DNA of 64,000 bases from Octopus sinensis. Its lineage: Eukaryota. Position 1 is the first letter of the stretch; each line of letters opens with the position of its first letter. The notes under the pieces are model-generated. The model searched no databases. It was not told where the DNA came from and saw only the letters and a list, made by a program, of their open reading frames with translations. Where the stretch lies: the NCBI RefSeq assembly GCF_006345805.1, contig NC_043006.1, positions 96,658,001 to 96,722,000 on the forward strand, written 5' to 3'. A program made the translations under genes and the position numbers. Positions 40,668 through 55,449 of this stretch are shown here, piece after piece.

Positions 40668-43560
40668 ATACACATATATACATACATATATATTCTTGTT
40701 GCTGCTGCCGCTGAGAGCAGGTTAGAGAAATGCTGCCGTGTCTTCCTATCATTCTTTGTATAGCTTTATCAAATGTTTGCTTGTTTAATGTATTTCATCA
40801 CAACACACACCAAGCAGCAGAGACGATTGTGTGCATTCCTGGATAAAGTAAATTATTGGCTAACTCAATATCTACAAAGGAACCCCAACTCGATCGCACT
40901 TCCCCTCCCCTCCCCTCTCTCTCTATCGATGTCTTCTTCTTTAATATCATCCTTCTATTTTCTTAATAAATTGTCTTCTCTGCTATGTTTTATGCATCTA
41001 TTTATTTATTGATAGTAGAGCTTCAATAACTGTACGTGTTTGTTTGTGTATGTAGGTGTGTGTGACTGTGTGCGTTTGTGTTTGTGTGTTTGTGTGTACC
41101 TTGATATAGAGAAAAAGAAAGGGTAAATACGAACAAAGAGGGTTTACAGAATAAGAAGGAAGAGTAAGAGAATTTAGAGAATACAAAGTGCTAGAGGACA
41201 AAGGGGAGGGGCTTTTTCATCTACGGTGATATATTAAGGGTTCATGAAACACTTTTGCTTCATATGTATCTATTACAAGAAGCAGCTAGATTTCTTCCTC
41301 TTACGTTTTTCACAAATTAATGCTTGAAAAACAAAATAGGTATTTTGAAAGAAGTATCTATAAATCTAGTTTTTAAGCATCGTATGGCTATGGAATCGAA
41401 TGGAATTGTAAGCAAAGGGTCCATAGATAAAGAATGGTTGTGAACCACCTGCCTGTACGTTCAAATTCTACAGAGGTCAACTTTGCCTTTCATTCTTTCG
41501 GGATCAGTGAAATAAGTACCAGTGGACTGCTGGGGTCGATGCAATCGACGAGCCCGCTCTCCTAAAACTGTCAGGCTTTGTGCCAATAGTTGAAGGAACT
41601 ACTAGTCGAGAAAGAAAAGCGACGAGCTGGCAGAATCGTTGGCGCGGCGGACAAAATGCTTAGCGGTATTTCGCCCGTCTTTATGTCCGTAATTCAAATT
41701 ATTTCTGAGTCAAGGAAATAAGTACCAGCGAAGTACTACAGTCAATGTACCTCTGCCCTAAAAGACATTGTATGTATGTATGTATGTATGTGTGTGTGAT
41801 TATTCAGTTTTATTTCAAGATTTCTAGCCTAGATCCAAGACTCCTTCGTTCTCTCTCGTTCTGTTGATTATTTTCAACTATCATCATCATCAGTACCACC
41901 GCCATCGCCACTACAACTGAAATACACACACCATTCAGACTTCTCATGACACCACCATTGATACCTTTGACTTCGCCGCCTTCCCCTCCACCATCATCAC
42001 CACTGCCTTTCACACTCCTAACTATCACCGTTGTCCCTGACTGCTTCAGCAACCACCACCACCGTCATCACCGCCTCTATCACAACTACAGCTCATACTA
42101 TTACTATCACCTGATTACCATCGCAATCGTGAATCTGCTACCGTCTCTATTCTTACCCCAACATGAGCCATAGGAGGAGTGTCAATGAATAGTTAGATAG
42201 GGAGTTGAAATGTGACACACTGACACACGGAAATTAGTTTTCGCATTGATTATATCAGATTATAAACTTCTGAAACGTTTTACAGATTTTTACAGTACCA
42301 GTGATGGACTGGATCTGTAGTCTTCGAATTAGCTTTCTCCTTTCTGGTTTTGAGAAGGTTAATTTCTCAAGATTGGTATTTAAGCAGTGCGTTACATATC
42401 CCAGTGCACCTGAATTATGTATGCATCTATGTATGTATGTGTGTATGTATGCATGTATGTATGTATGTATGTATGTATGTATGTATGTATGTATGTATGT
42501 ATATATGCATGTGTGTATGTATTTATGTTTGTATGAATGTATGTATGTTTATATGTATGTTTGTATGTATGTTTGTATGTATGTATGTATGTATGCATGT
42601 TTGTATGCATGTATGTATGTATGTTTGTATGTATGTATATTGTATCTGCTGTTAGGAATTAGGTAGTATCAATCAATAATAAGTTAATCAATACATATTG
42701 GTGTTTGTGTTAATGTTGGGGTCAGTGGTGGTGGAGAGGATTGTTGTTGTTATTGGTCGTATGGTCGCGGTAGAGAAGGTGGTGATGAAGTGGAGGATTT
42801 TAGTTTTGGTGATGGTATCGTTGGTGGTATTAGTGCTTCCGTAGGTGATTTAGTTGTAATGTTGTTGGTCGTGTTGGTGTGTTACTGACGATTTGTTGAT
42901 GTAGGAGGTGGTTGTCGTGATAGCGGTGATCATTGTTTTATGTCGTGCTCTTAATGATGTTCCAAGAAGAAATGTTAGTAACGATGAAAAATGATGCTGC
43001 TGCGGTTGTACTTCTTGTTGTTGTATTGGCCCAGGACATCCCCGATTTAACAGAGATATGATCCGAGACATTCCGACCATGACTATCCCGACTGTTTAAT
43101 TTAAATCTACAACTATTTTACAAAATATAAACTAACGTGCCCTTTCGATACGAAATACGTTGGTGTGTGATTTAAGGAAGAATTAGTCGCAGTTATATGT
43201 AGCAAATCGATTAGACTTGTGACTGAAGACGCTCCAGCTATGACCAATACGCCTTCTTTTAAAAACGTTTTACCTCATTTGTTTTTTATTTACAACAGGA
43301 GAGGGGAAGAAGATTTGGCTCCGGTTTCCATTAAGCCCAACAACTTTAGAGATGTTCACTTTTGTCTAATCGTAGTGAACATGGTGGTCAAACAGAAGAC
43401 AAAAAACTCAGTGTGAAGGAAAATTCAGCAACAACAATAACAGCAATTACATTACTTATGGTTTCTCTCACCCTGTCAAGTAAAAAAGTAACTGAAAACA
43501 TACGCATACATAGATACTCATATATATACATACATACATACATACATATATATATATATA

Positions 43561-43940
43561 CTAGCATATAGTATATATACTATTTCCCTTTGTAAGGGAA
43601 ATAACTATATACGCATTTTTAGAGATGTAAAGTATAATAGCCATCTCAATATGGCTAACCACAAAGGGGGGGGTGTTACTGTAACTTTTTACATTCTGAG
43701 ATTTAATAATAAATTTTTAGAGAGTTACTTCGCTTATATATGCCAAAAATGCATTAAAGAATGGGAAAAATTGATGGTAATTTTTTTTTAAATCGTAGAC
43801 TCATCGTAGACGCGCGCTAATACCCAGAAGGGCTCGATATGAATTACGACTATAAGATACCCGGTTTTGGTTAAACTGCACCGCAAAATGTGGGAGTAGT
43901 TAGAAATCTAAATCGTAGGAGACAGACAACACACAACCTC

Positions 43941-43950
<10 letters not shown>
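43561..43950 (-). mobile_element. Non-autonomous Helitron-like element, 3' hairpin region disrupted
   Basis: Body nearly identical to 53530-53929; CTAG at 43561. Confidence 0.7.
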
Positions 43951-43971
<21 letters not shown>

Positions 43972-44333
43972 CTTGATTGTTCCGGTCACAAAAATAGTGT
44001 CCACTTAATGACCCTATTTCACATGGGATGCCACATCATGTACTGTCTCGTCGTGATTGTTGTCAGGAACTATCAGCGAATTATGCTAACCCTGCAATTT
44101 TTCAAAGGAGAAAGGCGGGAGATTTGCTAAGGGAAATACGTGAGACAAATACGATTGAAAAACAGAGGTATTGACAGTAAGTGTAAGAGAGACAAAGATG
44201 CAGAAATTCGAGGTCACTGAGACGAGTTAAGGAGAAATATGAAGAAAGAGGACGAAGTCGGAGAAACGCTAATAATGATATTTCTTTCTCTTCCATTTTT
44301 CATACGCAGTAGTTTTATACATACATACACACA

Positions 44334-44367
<34 letters not shown>

Positions 44368-45170
44368 CATACATACACACACACACACATATATATATAT
44401 AAGTAGGTTTTATCTTAATATTAATAATGATGCGCACTCTTAACCTTTCTGTACCTCTCCCTCTCTCATCCTTCATTCTTTCTGATTTCCTTTTCTTCTA
44501 CCTTGATGTCTCTCCCCCTCTCTCTTTCATTCTTCATTCTTTCTGGTTTTCTCTACAACCATTCCCTTTTTTCTCCCCCTTTCTCTTGCCCCTCCTCCTC
44601 CCTCCCGTCGTCGACCCGCGACCAGAGGCCTGCTACTGTCTTTCTGACCTGGCTTCCTTCAAGTATGGATGGCTTTCCTGTCTCTGTCTTGCCGTCCTCA
44701 AAAGCGTTCATAATATTTTTTCTATCGTTCTGGTTTAACAGCTCTCAATGTTTGCGTTACTGTTATTCTCTGTGTCCTGTCTTTTACTGTTTATATTTTG
44801 TACTGTCTTTACTGTCCTGTTTTTGTTACCATTTTTACCCCTCCGCACAAAACTCGCAAATTTTATTTAATCTGCTTTTGCGGGAAGGACTGTTTCAAGA
44901 AATCGTGTCTCGCCTTTACCTTCGAAACGCGGAGTAGATGAAACAGAGGCGGCTGAAGAAGGAGAATTTTCCTTGTGTTGTATGTCTTGTACTCTATTTT
45001 TTCGTTGTTTAAGAAAAATGTCCATTTCCTTGGTTTTGAGTTTATGTTTTCGTTTCTCATTGTGTTCGACGTTTTTTAGTGTCCGTACCCATATATGCAT
45101 GTATATATACATATAGATGTAGGTACGTACATATATATATGTATATATGCATATGTTTTATTTGTTTGTT

Positions 45171-45222
<52 letters not shown>

Positions 45223-45556
45223 CATACATACATACGCGCACAGAATTGTAGTACACGGCACACAGAGGAAACTTGCATACACACTTTCATTCGTGCACAT
45301 ATGCATATATATACACTGATGCACTTATACAAATTAACAATAGAAATAGACATAACCAAAATACGTATGCGCATGTATACACATTCACAGTCGTATACAC
45401 GCAAGTACATAAATGTACGCGTGTTAAACCTCATTCATATCTATCTATCTATCTTCTGTCAGACTGATTGTCCATACATATATATATATATAGTATTGTC
45501 TATACATATATATATATATATGTATGTACATGTGTATATATATATGTATGTGTACA

Positions 45557-45587
<31 letters not shown>

Positions 45588-46325
45588 GTATATAAAGGTT
45601 ATTTGAGTTAGACGTTAAAATAACCGCCTAAGGGATAGAAGTATTCAATATAAACTGGTATATTACTAATATTTAACCTTGGGCATACATATGCAAGCAT
45701 ATTATGTTCATAAGTTATAGGTAAAATAAGGATAAACATGGTTTTATCAAGAATCAAAATTGAAAGAAAACTGAAAATGCAGAAGTACCGATTAACAACA
45801 AATTACTTACATCAATTATTATTTATTAACACAATGCAAATAAACTGCATACCATCTAACAGCTGTTTCTGCTTCCAATGTTGTATGATATTATCATTGA
45901 TATTCAAAAATATGTAGAAGTATTAATCATATTTGCTAATAAAACCGATCTGAAACAAGGAGCTTCATGAGAGTGAAGAATAAAGGACAAGAGTATAGAG
46001 AAGAAGAAGGGTAAAGTTGAATATGGTTGTAATCATACGATTTTGCTTGTGGATCTCTTTAGGCCGCTAAGTAAAAACTATAACCAAAATAGCGATTAGT
46101 GGATTAATCCTCTGAACAGGGGCGGAGAGGGATAAGATGGATAAATAACATATAATAAAAAAACAAATAAGAGTTGGATACGCCAATAGGTTTTAGTCAG
46201 AGAAATGGTGTAGATACAGTGAGGTTTTATATTAATCGTAATAATTCATAATACTTGTGTTTGCAGTACTTATTAATAACATTAATCACAATAAACTGCT
46301 AATGAGTTAATATAATATATTTATT

Positions 46326-46351
<26 letters not shown>

Positions 46352-46356
<5 letters not shown>

Positions 46357-46430
46357 ATATTAAATTAGAGATAAAACCACTATTAGGCAAATTGCCTAAT
46401 AGTGGTTTTATCTCTAATTTAATATAATAT
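46352..46430. repeat. Perfect 39-bp-arm hairpin with 1-nt spacer
   Basis: atattatattaaattagagataaaaccactattaggcaa-a-ttgcctaatagtggttttatctctaatttaatataatat. Confidence 0.95.
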
Positions 46431-46527
46431 ATATTTATACTATAATATATATTTATACTAAAAAATTGGATTTAATCCTAAATCTAATCTTTCCCTGTAA
46501 GTTTGGATTTACTCCCTAATATTATTA

Positions 46528-46567
<40 letters not shown>

Positions 46568-46585
46568 TACACACACAACACACAT

Positions 46586-46621
<36 letters not shown>

Positions 46622-46701
46622 CACAAAACAAAGAAGCAGATACTAACACACACATACAAGCACACATACATGCACACACACACATGTGTCCCCTCACACA
46701 C

Positions 46702-46761
<60 letters not shown>

Positions 46762-47229
46762 ATGAAAACAAAAAAAGATACGTAATAACGTGAAGAGGAT
46801 TAAGGCGAATGCAGTTGAGCAGTTGGCCTGTGGAAACAACGAAAGGTGTGTCACACACTGTAGAGCAAACACCTTTATTCACTAACCCCTACACACACTA
46901 AAACCGACCCCTATCATTTTAATTTTATTTTCCTTGTGTTGTTTTTTCGAGAAACCCCAAGGTACACATGCACACAGATCATAATTGTCACACACAGAAC
47001 ACAGAATGGATTGTCTTCTTTCTTTCCAAATGCTCCCCTTATGCAAATACACACACAAACACATACAAATACGCAGACACGCGCACACACAATTACGCGC
47101 AGGCGCATATACGTCTCACTTCAAACAGCTTCAATGAATCTCAGTTTCTTTTTTGCTTTTATTTGCTTTCTTTTGTTTTGTTTCGCCTCCACCACTTTTC
47201 TTCCTTTGGTCATATATATATATATATAT

Positions 47230-47292
47230 CTTCCATCACTACTACTACTACTACAACTACTTCTACCACCACCACCACCACCAACACCACCA

Positions 47293-47354
<62 letters not shown>

Positions 47355-47557
47355 ACACTACTACTACTACTACTACTGCTGCTGCTACTACTACTACTAC
47401 TACTACTACTGCTACTACTACTACAACTACTACTTTTTCTTCTTTTCGACTGAATGTCATGAACCTCATGATCACAATCATCATCATTAACATCACCACT
47501 ATCATCATCTCCTCCGTCATCATAGTCTTCGTCATGGTTGTCTTCTTCTTCTTCTTC

Positions 47558-47630
<73 letters not shown>

Positions 47631-49010
47631 CATTTGTTTGTTTGTTTGTCCTTATTAAATTCCGACAATGGTTCAATACCGGATTAATACCTCATCTTCC
47701 ACAATATTCAACTTGCCTCCATCCAATTTCCGTACCATTTACTTTGAAGACACACTTTCCGTTTTTTTTCTTCTTTTCTTTGAGTTTTTAATTTTCATTC
47801 CTGCCCCATCTTCTTCCTTCCTTCCTCAGCGTTTTCCATTGTTTCTTCTTCTTCTTCTTCTTCTTTTCTTCTTCTTCTTCTTCTTCTTCTTCTTCTTCTT
47901 CTTCTTCTTCTTCTTCTTCGTCTCGTCTTCTTCATCATCATCTTATCCTCATCCTCATCCTCCTCATCATTCATCTCCTCATCATCCTCCTCCTCTCATC
48001 ATCTCATCATCATCCTCTTTCTTCATCCCTCCTCCCTCCTCCTTCTTCTTCTTCTTCTTCTCCTCTTTTTTCTTCTTCTTTCTTCTTCTTTCTTCTTCTT
48101 TTCTTCTTCTTTTCTTCTTCTTCTTCTTTTCTTTCTTTCTTCTCTTCTTCTTCTTCTTCTCTTCCTCTTCTTCTTTCTTCTTTTCTTCTTCTTCTTCTTC
48201 TTCTTCTTCTTCTTCTTCTTCTTTCACTTTTATTCCCAACCACTTCAAATGTTTCAGGTTGTTTTTCCTTTATGTTTGGAATGAAAAAAAAAGAAAGAAT
48301 TATAAAGGCGTAGGCAGTGTTATGGCGGCGGTGGTGGTAGTGGTGGTAGTTTTGGTGGTGGTGGTTTCGGACGTAGTGATAATGACGGTGGTGACTGTGT
48401 TGGTGGTGTTGATGGGAGTGTTGGCCGGGATAGTTGCAGTGATGTTGGTGGTGGTGGTGGTGGTGGTGGTGGTGGTGGTGGCCGTGATAGTAGTGGTGGC
48501 GTTGATGGTGTAATGGTGGTGGTAGTGATGGTGGTGGTGATGGTGATGATGGTGTTGCTGATGATGCTGGTGACTGTGGTGTTGTTATGGTGATATGGTG
48601 GTGGTACCGGTGATAGTGATGGCAGTGGTGATGATGTTGGTGGTGTTGATACTGGGTAATGGTGTTGGTAGTGGTGGTTGTAGTGGTGATAGCATTGTGG
48701 TAGTGGTACTAGTACTGGTGGTAGTAGTGATGGTGTTCGTGGTCGTCACTATGGTACTGGTAGTGGTGATGGTAGTAGTAGCCGTCGTCGCGGCGTTGAT
48801 GCTAATGTTGGCGGAGGTGGTGGATATGATAGGCTGTGGAGGTGGAATGGCCACCACTGACAGAAAGCCTGCGGTAATGGTGTGACCGTTGTGGCACTGG
48901 TTATTGATAATGGTGGTGGCAGTGTTGGCAGTGGTGTTGTTAATGGTAGAAGTAGTGGTGGTCGTACGTCTTGTATTGTTGTATTGTTGTTGTAGTTATG
49001 GAACTCGTAT
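47230..49010. repeat. Long low-complexity triplet block (TAC/CAC/TGC, TTA, TTC/TCA, GGT/GAT)
   Basis: Directly visible; explains the poly-T/L/F/V ORFs. Confidence 0.9.
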
Positions 49011-49049
49011 AGTTCTGGTAATAGTGCTTTAGCAGTATATGAAAGAACT

Positions 49050-49370
49050 TGTGCGTAACACCGGTGACATTCTGAGGGTAAGTCTAGACATCGATGCGGA
49101 CGAAATAGCTGGCCTTTTCCGAGGACTCTTAGACCAAAGAATTCTATGAATAATTTCCAGAAATTCTAGACCTGGCAGTGCTATCGTGGGGCACAACAGA
49201 TCGAGATAAACACGATAGGAATGGAAGTGCTGCAAACCAACAAAAGTGTACAGCATGCACCCTTGCATGGTCGGGCATTTCCAATTCGTGCAGTTATACC
49301 AAACAGTTGTTGCCCGTAAGACATTTCCGGTTATTCGCCGAGTCCATCATTAGGATTGTCTCTTTTGCAT
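49050..49370 (+). mobile_element. Older L1/Tx1-clade fragment homologous to part of 7600-8745
   Basis: SLDIDADEIAGLFR...TWQCYRG parallels SLGVDEENLTRLFR...AWQCYQE. Confidence 0.55.
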
Positions 49371-50152
49371 CACACGTTTTATATTATATATGATATAATA
49401 TAAACTTCAATAACTGATTGGTACTTTTTTTATGGACTCGGAAAGGTTATAAGGTAACGCTTATGTATGTATGTATGTATGTATGTATGTATGTATGTAT
49501 GTATATGTGTATGTATACACGCACACATACACACATACACACATACACTCACATATAGGTATGGTGTTGTCAACACAGGAAATAGAACTCAAAATATGAG
49601 CATATATATATGGGTGTGTATATATGTATGTAAGTATGTATGTATGTAAATATGTATATGTATATATATATTTTATATATATATATATGTATATGGAAAT
49701 GGTGGTGGTGGCGGTGATAGTACTGGTGGCGGTGATGGTGCGATGGTGGTCGTATATATATATATATATTTATCCATACATAGAGTAGTATATGTCATGT
49801 CTGATGTTCTATTCAGGCTATAAAATCCACTGCTTTAATTTAAATTCTAAATTAATGAATAACAAAAACAAAGAAATGAGGCATGTACCGGAAATGGAAT
49901 GAAACACTCCAACTGTAGTTCGGTGGGTCGACAGGAAGTGCTGTGGTATTGTGGGATGTGAAATAGAGTGGAAATATTGCTGTTACCTTGAGTTTTGTGA
50001 GAGAAAGAAGTACATTGGGAGAAAGAAATATTCAGAAGAAAAGAAATAGGAAAAGAATGGTAAGAGAAAATTAGCCGGAAGAGAGATGTATGAAGGAAGA
50101 TAAGAGGACATAGAATATGATTTAAATACGTTTACAGAAATACATAGGCACA

Positions 50153-50197
<45 letters not shown>

Positions 50198-50457
50198 TAT
50201 ATATATATATATATATAGATATATAGATAGATATATATATATACCTCCATACATAGACATACACTTGTCCCTGTGTACATATATGTATGGAACAAAACCA
50301 GCGGGTTTCGGGGTAAGGTTGAGTCGACCGTAGTGTTCAAGTGGTGCTTATTTTATCTACCCCTAAACGATAAAATGCAAAGTGAAGCCCGGTGAAATTT
50401 GAACTCAGAACGGAACAAAAAAAAAAAGCGGATGTATCGCTGCTATCTATTTCAACA

Positions 50458-50557
50458 NNNNNNNNNNNNNNNNNNNNNNNNNNNNNNNNNNNNNNNNNNN
50501 NNNNNNNNNNNNNNNNNNNNNNNNNNNNNNNNNNNNNNNNNNNNNNNNNNNNNNNNN
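50458..50557. other. Scaffold gap (exactly 100 N)
   Basis: A round 100-N run is a conventional unknown-size gap; continuity across it is not guaranteed. Confidence 0.98.
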
Positions 50558-51118
50558 CTCGTAAAATGACAGTTTTAGCTGCTCATTTATCACAGAAATG
50601 TAACGACGCAAGCAATATTGCTTGGTTATACAATTAAATATGTCACACAGCAGTGAACTCTGGCTCACGAATGGTTATTCTTGATATGAGAACACCATTT
50701 AGTCGTGTTTGCAAGGTATTCATACAACAAGATTTACTTTCCTCACTAGCATAGATTCACGAATACCCATTATTATTTCGGAATTATTCTCGAACGTCTG
50801 CAACACGCTTTAAATACAAGCACACTAACCCAATGAAACCGCGCTCTCTTTCTCTTTCTCTATGTATTTCTCCATCACTCTTTCTCTCTGTATTTCGCTC
50901 TCTCTCTCTCTCTCTCTTCATTCTCTCTGAAGTAGTTATGTTTGAAGTCTAGTATCTATCTTTTCATTTCTGTTGTTGATATTCTATGTTACAGGTATGC
51001 AAACCAGCCAACACCAGTTATCAAGCAGTGGGAGGGGAACAAACATAGACACAAATGCAAGCGCGCACACACACACACACATCTCTATATACATACATAT
51101 AAATATATATGTGTTTAA

Positions 51119-51156
<38 letters not shown>

Positions 51157-52180
51157 TATAGATATTATATATATATATATAATAAATATATAATATATAT
51201 AGATATATATATATATATATTATATATATATATATATACATATATCTATATCTATATCTATCTATATATATCCTTATCCACACATACGCATAGATACACT
51301 CATACATACATATATATATATTATATATATATAATATATATATAATATATAATATATTATATATATATATACGATGGGCTTCTACATAGTTTTTCTTCTG
51401 AAGGTGTTTATTACTTCAGAGTCAGATGGTCAATAGTTTTCGTTCAAATGGCTTAGTTTTGGCTCTTACAAATGGCGTTGCGTTTCTTCAACTAATTACA
51501 TACAACCTTACTCATAAAACCAAATCTTTAGTCACACGCGCTTATTTAGATGATGTCATGAAATTTGGTTAGACAAGAGGTGGGGTATATGACAGAAAAC
51601 GATCGAAATTGATTAGATTTGCTCATAAATCTAACGACACTGTTAATTTTCATCTGCATCTATATGTTGTAGGTTATCAAATTTGACATGGAGTCCTGAC
51701 TCCTTACGTTTAACTCCACTTAAATAAATGCCCTGATCTAGTAATGAACAAACCTTGCTCAGTGTGGCAGTTCCGTCTGCATGCTACTCCTGAAGGATTG
51801 CTCACGTCTCTAAAAGTATAAGACCCCTAACCAACGTTTATTTTTCTACTCTAAAAGGCGGCAGCAACAGCAATCAACAATTTCATTTAGAAACATTCTG
51901 AAAGTTATAATTACACATAAAAAATTAGATATCGAAAGATACTGTCATTAATGACTTACTTATTCGGTAATTAGTTTGTCCTAATAATGGTTTGAAATTT
52001 TGGCACAAGACCACAAGACCAGCTAATTCGAGAGAAGGGTAAACCGATTATATCGATCTCAGTGCTCAGTTGGTACCTATTTTATCGATCCCGAAAGGAT
52101 GAAAGGAAAAGAAAACTTCACCGGAATTTGAATATACTACTTAAATAATATATATATTATATACTGTTATTGTACAGTTG

Positions 52181-52221
<41 letters not shown>

Positions 52222-53075
52222 CTGTGTGTCTGTGTCTGTGTGTGTGTGTATGTGTGTGTGTGTGTATGTATGTATATAGGGCAATATTCCTGCATAATCA
52301 TTGGTTTAATGGCTGAAACTAGTCAGAGATTAAAAGAATCTAACATCTTACAATGACTTCTAATTTCAACAATGAATTTAACACTAATTGCTCTAATCAC
52401 GCACTGTGGGTTTGATCCCTGTTCAAGCACTACTTAAGAAGACTACTAGCACTGTTAATCCTCCTCGGATTAACGATTAAAACCCATAAAAATTGTTAAG
52501 TGTTTATTACAAAGAAAAAAAAGAGAGACATATTCATGGCTATATTCAAGAAGTAACAAAACTTTCCTTTTCCATATAAATCTGAACCCTATATCATCAT
52601 CGGCATTGCAATATTACTATAAAGGCGGTTCGTTAGGGAGTTTCGATTCTCGGGTGCTTTGGGGTTTTTAATGCTACTTAGGTTTGTTTTCTTTCTGAAT
52701 GTCATTGAGCATAAATATGTATGTGTATGAGCGAATAGCTGTGTGCGAGTGTGTGTGTGTGAGTGTGACACTGGGTGTCTGTGTCTGATTCTCTCTCCCT
52801 TTCACTCTCTTATTCCGCCTCCCACATTTTTCTCTTATTCCCCGCTTCACTTCAAGTATTTGGCGGGAATAAATTTCTGTATATCGAATCCTTTCCTGAG
52901 CAGACAACTAATGGAGAATTTAACCAGCTAAGAATGGCAGCTAAGCAATCAAACAAATCAGTTCGGCTTTTACATACATATAGATGCGTATGCATGCATA
53001 TATTTACATATACATGCGCGCCATGTATATGTATGTATATGTATGCTATTGCCTATGTCTGTGCGTGCACCTCCC

Positions 53076-53122
<47 letters not shown>

Positions 53123-53306
53123 GTTGTAGAGATTTACAGAAAAACATAAAACGAAGATAGGTGTATGAACAAAAACAGGTGTATCAGTTTAACAATCGTG
53201 AAGGTTAGAAAGTCTTTTACGTTTCGAAACTGTGCTCTTCAATAGAGAGAGAATAAAAAAAAAACGTTTGGAGCTAGCGGTCAATACATATATAATATAT
53301 ATATAG

Positions 53307-53384
<78 letters not shown>

Positions 53385-53529
53385 GTATATATATATATAT
53401 ATATATATAGTAAAAAACATTTGCGCATTATATAGGCACCAGTATGACTGCTCAGATTAAGGACCCGAGACGCAAGATATAATAATATTTAAGAAGACAA
53501 TTCAAGTAGGTTCTACAATTTATAAAACA

Positions 53530-53929
53530 CTAGCAGTATCGCCCGGCGTTGCTCGTGTTTGTAAGGGAAATAACTATATAAGCATTTTTAGAGATGTAAA
53601 GTATAATAGCCATCTCAATATGGCTAACCACAAAGGGGTGGTGGTGTTACTGTAGCTTTTTACGTTCTGAAATTTATAATAAATTTTTAGAGAGTTACTA
53701 CTCCCTTATATATGCCAAAATGCATTAAACTGGGAAAATTGATGGTAAATATCTTTTTAAATCGTAGACTTATCGTAGACCGCGCGCTAATACCCAGAAG
53801 GGTTTCGATATGAATCACGACTATAAGATACACAACGCGTTTTGGTCAACTGCACCGCAAAATGTGGGAGTAGCTGGGAATCTAAATCGTAGGAGACACA
53901 GCACACAACCTTACTTTTATATATAACGA
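53530..53929 (-). mobile_element. Non-autonomous Helitron-like element
   Basis: Same termini as 15280-15675. Confidence 0.75.
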
Positions 53930-54094
53930 TATTTCAGCCATAAACCGATGTATACCAGTTATTAAAATATATTAAGGTATCAGTCATTAAAATATCGATA
54001 CATATAAAAAAATTATGAAAACATAAATATGTAAAAATATAATGTACATATATGGGTAGATCAAACTGAGGTATAAAAATGACGATGTATAAAA

Positions 54095-54600
54095 TCTATA
54101 TATATAAAACTGTAGTTGTGTGTCTGTCCCCTTCGATTTAGATTCCTAACTACTCCCACATTTTGCGGTGCAGTTTAACCAAATTCGGGTATCTTACAGT
54201 CGTGATTCATATCGAACCCGTCTGAGTATTAGCACGCTTCTACGATGAGTCTACGATTTAAAAAAAATAATTTAACATCATTTTTTATTCCATTTTAATG
54301 CATAATTTTTCGTGTGTCGATGGCGGCGGAGTTGGCGTCCATGGTCACACCTGCACCTGTTTGCTTCTCCCCCCTTCTTCCCTCCCTCGTAAGCTGTGGG
54401 GAGGGATTGTAAGGAAATCAACGTCGTAAAGCGTTGTCAAGGAGACCAGCGTTCTCTAGAACAACGACTTCATGGCTGAAGACACCAAAAGAAATGGCTA
54501 AGAAAGCCCAAATTGGCATCTATAAGGGAAGTAACTCTCTAAAAATGCTTATATAGTTATCTCCCTTACAAACCCGAGCAACGCCGGGCGATACTGCTAG
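54095..54600 (+). mobile_element. Non-autonomous Helitron-like element with a distinct ~200-bp interior
   Basis: A|TCTATATATATAAAAC...cccgagcaacgccggg-cgatactg-CTAG|T; no TSD. Confidence 0.8.
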
Positions 54601-55449
54601 TTGTATATAAACATCTTGAGGCAGTATTTAATACTAGGTTTGGAATAGCTTCAAATCTATAGATCGCCTGAAACGGCTGTTGTAACACCACTACCTATTT
54701 ATTTAAGCTGGATTACCTACATCTGTTCATTGGAAACCCAAACGTCCCTGATTAAAACTTTATTCATTCATTTTTTTTTCGTGTGGGATTATATTTATAT
54801 TCTTTAATATTTTAAACAATGCTTTTAATCTATTAATAGAATAGTCCTCTTTTACTCTTTTACTTGTTTCAGTCATTTGAATATATATTAGCATGTCTCA
54901 ATATGCAACTATATTCATGAGAATACACGCATAAGGCAAAATATAAAGCAAAACATACAATTCTGCACATAGACATACATACAAACATAGAAACAAAAAT
55001 ACCCTGTTGTTGATGTTGAAGTTCCAATGAAGGTGCCTTGAATTTAGGTTAAATACTAGCTCTTTCCCTAATGGCAAGAAATCTTGAAATAAAACTAAAC
55101 AATGACACACATACACAATCCATCCATCCATCCATCCATCCATCCATCCATCCATACATACATACATACATACATGCATACATGCATACATACATACATA
55201 CATACATACATACATGCATGCATACATACATACATACATACATACATACATACATGCATGCATGCATGCATACATACATACATACATACATACATACATA
55301 CATACATACATACATACATACATACATACATACATGTATATACATACATACATACATATTACCGCATAGAACTTCGACTTTATTCTCTACTTCATTGAAT
55401 TTCTGTTTGTCAACATTGCGTTCTTAACGATATAGTTGTACCTCTTACT

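Noticed and set aside
50392-50668. ORFs spanning the N run
   Set aside because: Artefacts of translating the scaffold gap.
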